A stretch of 64,000 bases of DNA from Octopus sinensis (Eukaryota): positions 25,482,001 through 25,546,000 of the forward strand of contig NC_043014.1 in assembly GCF_006345805.1 (NCBI RefSeq), in the 5' to 3' direction. The translations under genes were made by a program, and so were the position numbers. Positions 60,290 to 64,000 of this stretch are shown here, one piece after another. The stretch's first letter is position 1. Each line of letters starts with the position of its first letter. The notes under the pieces are model-generated. The model was not told the DNA's origin. It did no database searches and saw nothing but the letters and a program-made list of their open reading frames with translations.

Positions 60290-62480
60290 TTCCTAACATT
60301 GGACTACAACAAGCAACCTTAAATGCCAAGAACCTTCCTAAGTATCCTAGTTGTTCTGGAGCTGCACTAAACCAGGTTTTATGCCTATTTCTTCAAATTT
60401 TTAGGGATAATTCCTAATGCAACTATAACAACAGGGATACATTTTACCCACACTTTCCATAGCCTCTGTAGCTCAATGGCTAGGTCTTGGTACTTTGCTA
60501 TTTTCTCTATACCACTCATATTGACTTTGTTTGTCTATCTTGGTTTATAGCCAATTAGTCCTCAATACTTGATCCTGTGCTGCTACTAACAAACTTTCTG
60601 TCTCCCTTTTCAGCCTTCCTTTCTGCAACCACAACCATGCCTCTCTATTACTATTTTCTGTCCCTATCTTTGGAAGTTTATCATGCAATGCCTTCTCTTA
60701 CTTCTTTTTCTGATTTTTAACCTCATTTAGCTTTTTGGTTTCCCTATTCCAACTGTTAGCTCTTAATAAAATTTCCCCGCTATTACCTACTCTTATGATG
60801 AGGGTTAACACGTCTGGTGTAAAATAGTATTACACAAATAAATAGTTGGTTGTGGTTATCTAAAAACAACCAATTGCAGAAATATAGGTTAACATAGAAC
60901 ACACTCTGTACTACTCCAATGTAGGTACAATACTCGGTATTCACAGTTCAGCTACTGACTGTTAAACTAATACACATTGAACTAACATCCGTCAACTACT
61001 CCCTTGACAGTTACACTCAGTTCTTATTTACTGTAATCAGTTAGCCCACCTTCAGTCACGTGGAGCATTCAGGATTCTCCCATAACACCTACAGAAAAGG
61101 ATATATCTATTCTAACTAACTCCATACTGTCTTCTACTGATATTAGACCTCCACTGCCTTTCTTTCTAGGTAAATATAGTCTTGCTACAACTGCTCTTGG
61201 ATGAAGTCCTCCATTCATATTGAATTCCTACATAGTTCTTCTGCCTAGATTTGCTTATTTTGTCCAATCTACAAGAGCTGCTAAATATTTAAGTGACAAT
61301 ACTGTCCAAATATTTACAGCTTTCACTAGATTCAGGCCATTTAGCTTTGACTTCATTAACTTCCTCACCCTTCTGATGTACTCCTCCTAAATATTTGCCT
61401 TCATTTCTAATACTTCTAGATACTTATAACTTTCTCCTTCTTTTAGTGACTTTAATGTTTGGTCATATGGAATGCCTTCATTGCTAACTACCTGTCATTT
61501 TTTTTATGACTAATATTGTGCACTTCTCTTTGCTGAAGAGTATTACAGTTTGTATAAAGGAATTTATCTATTTTTATTCTTACTAAAAAGCTTCAGATCA
61601 TCCATGTAGAGCAAATGGTTAATTTTTTCTTTACTATCTCTAAACTGATACTCTGCCTTTGCTTTTCTTAATACTATACTGAAGGGGATTAAATATAATA
61701 CAAATATTAAAAGGGATAACAAGTCTCCCTGGAAAATTCCTCTCCTGATATTAAGTTTTCCTAAGGCTGTATCACCTGAGTGGAGATTTACTTTCCATTT
61801 CTTCATGCTATAGCTAATTAACTTACATGTTCTCTGCAATACTGAATAGTCTCAAACATTTACTTATCCAAGACTGTGGAATCATGTCATAGGCTTTCTT
61901 ATAATCTATCCATGCTATTGTTAATTGTTTCCTTTCAGATTTTGCTTCTTTTAGGACTGCTGGATATAATAGATCATATGTTCATCTAGCCTTCTTTCTG
62001 CAACCTTTCTGTTCTTCTGGCAGCAAATTCTAACTGTCAAGCTGCTCATAAATGCTTTCTGAGAGCATTCCTCTTAATAGTTTCTACATCAATGATAAGC
62101 AAGTGATTGGTCTAAATTACTAGCTATATTGCCTTGTTTTTGTCTTTCATAAGGAGTACTGTTCTCCCTTTTGTAATTCAATCTGGTATTACTCCTCCAT
62201 TCAGGCAATCCTGAAATTGTTCCCTTAGTCTTCCTGTAAGCTACTAAATTTCTTTAACCAGTACCCTTGAATTAAATCTGGTCCTGGGCCCTTCCAATTC
62301 AGCATTCTTCCTAACACTTTACTCATTAATGCACTAATTAGTTTTAGATCTGGCTGCTTCTTGCTAGCTACTTCTTCCCTCACTTTCTTTAACCATACTG
62401 CATTTCCATCATGATTGACTGGCTTATTCCAAATATCACTCCATATCTTGCACCTTGACATTTAGAATTTGCTGCCAGAA
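60290..62480 (-). mobile_element. Degenerate R4/Dong-clade LINE (RT plus restriction-like-endonuclease-type C-terminus)
   Basis: WSDIWNKPVNH...WKGPGPDLIQGYWLK (62225-62461), IRRGIFQGDLLS...KINHLLYMDDLKLFSKN (61564-61839), and C-terminal VIVALGIIPK...LRKVLGI near 60320-60420. Confidence 0.82.
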
Positions 62481-62489
62481 GAACTTTAC

Positions 62490-63255
62490 TCAGTCAGCTG
62501 TTTGATGTGAACTGCGTTCACTACGCGTGCAAGCATGCGTAAATTGCATGAAAAATAAAAAATCAAGATATAAAAACAAATCGCCATAAACATAGTAGAA
62601 ATTCGGCGAAGAAATGAATTTTCGGGATGTAACCTGGAGGGTTTTTTCGTATTAATTGTTTGGACTTTGTGAACACATACCAATTGTTTTCATAACATTT
62701 TTTAATAACTTTGAATTAAATGTGACCATTTTGCATTGAGTCTGCAGTTTGAATCACTTTAACCAAATTTTAGCAGGCCGGATTTTTGATCATCACGATA
62801 CATCATCAGCGACTCTCCCCTGAAATCCCCGTTGAGAAATACTGATCTAAAAGAATAATTCAACAATGCAATTATTTGATCAACAAAAATTTATGAAACA
62901 CTTCTACATACTTCCTATTGAGGAAATGGAACACATAAGCGCAAAATTAGAGGGCATTAAATGCTTGATTGTAAAACCAAAATAATTGAATTTTGATTGA
63001 ACTTCATCCAAGTTTAGCTTAATTTGCCCATGCATAGAACGCACGAGCGCATGTACGTACATTGTGTAAGGAAGTATTGATTTTGCACTCGCAGATTAAT
63101 CGATTTTCCTCAGTGCGATAAATAGTCACACGTGCAAAAATCATTTGCACTGCTTTGCTTTCGTATGACGCAGCGTGCTACGAGTTCAGCGAGATCAGTT
63201 ACTTGTGAGTTGTAACAATTTTTGCTTCCACTGGTAAGCCGGGCAATACTGCTAG
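62490..63255 (+). mobile_element. Helitron-like element, 3' end defined, 5' end uncertain
   Basis: Ends gccgggcaatactgCTAG|T at 63252-63255, the same terminus type as 51226 and 28108. Confidence 0.55.
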
Positions 63256-63309
63256 TATATATATAGATATATAACTCACAAATTATATATGCCTTCACTC
63301 TACCAGTTA

Positions 63310-63320
63310 GTCTCTCTCTC

Positions 63321-63351
<31 letters not shown>

Positions 63352-63361
63352 GTATGTATAT

Positions 63362-63452
<91 letters not shown>

Positions 63453-63480
63453 TATGTTTATATATACATATGTATGTGGG
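63310..63480. repeat. (TA)n microsatellite
   Basis: Direct reading. Confidence 0.95.
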
Positions 63481-63766
63481 TGTGTAAAATACTTTGTAAG
63501 CTTCAGCCAAATCGATATTTTATTATAACTTTGATTTCAATGTATTAATTATGAACAATTTATTTTCAAACTTGGCTGTGTTTTTCAAGCTATTATATGT
63601 CCATCAATTTTTTCTTTGTTCGTTAGGTTTGTATTTCACTTTGATTCCAATTTTTGGCTACATTAGATATGAAAGAATTATAGATTTGCGATATGTGTGA
63701 AGCACAGAGATTCATGACTTTTTCTTTTGCACTGTCTTTCATTTTTTTATAACCCTTTCACTCATA

Positions 63767-64000
63767 CGAGGTGGTATCAAAAGGTTCCCAGACTAGTTCT
63801 GTAGCACACCAACATGATTGTATGCGCAGTGAGAGCTAGCAGTGACCTTCAAATAGTGTGCCAAGTGACATTGTTGTGTTTACTTTGCAAGTTGTGAATT
63901 CATCAGCTTGTGCATGAGGATAGTCAGAGGATAATCAATGACATTGCTGATGTTGTTGGGTCTATGCAAGCAATTCTAATGCCTGAATTGAACATGTGAC
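63767..64000 (+). mobile_element. Degenerate, internally deleted mariner 5' end (runs off window)
   Basis: TA|CGAGGTGGTATCAAAAGGTTCC TIR-like start; translation IHQLVHEDSQRIINDIADVVGL...QAILMPELNM resembles a mariner HTH. Confidence 0.65.

Noticed and set aside
60788-60895. ATGATGA...GAAA hammerhead-like spacing
   Set aside because: The core starts with A rather than C, and there is no convincing stem I or cleavage triplet.

Overview
Animal genomic DNA, most likely a coleoid cephalopod (Octopus-like). This assignment rests on my recall of its SINE/LINE families, the (TA)n/(TATG)n load and the intronless C2H2 zinc-finger genes, not on a database search. The window holds two divergently oriented C2H2-ZNF genes. 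ZNF-A is on the minus strand, with an uninterrupted frame of at least 2138 codons (ATG at 6415, running off the left edge). It has about 30 fingers in five clusters and is absent from the supplied ORF track because no stop lies in the window. ZNF-B is on the plus strand at 46515-48638 (707 aa, 10 N-terminal fingers). Most of the rest is decayed mobile DNA: RTE/BovB-like, RTE-1-like, CR1 and R4/Dong-like LINEs, Penelope-like elements (one ending in a hammerhead-ribozyme-like fold), a near-intact DD34D mariner, a decayed maT/DD37D-like element, non-autonomous Helitrons with TC...CTAG ends, tRNA-derived SINEs, micro- and minisatellites, and a 100-N gap. The most striking signal is in ZNF-A: the finger pair TSSDLxR-QxSNLxx recurs five times, and three of these are preceded by QxxHLxY, with DNA-contact residues conserved while other positions differ. 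No prokaryotic features, CRISPR arrays or true tRNA/rRNA genes were found. All translations and alignments were done by eye, so TE boundaries are approximate unless termini are quoted.
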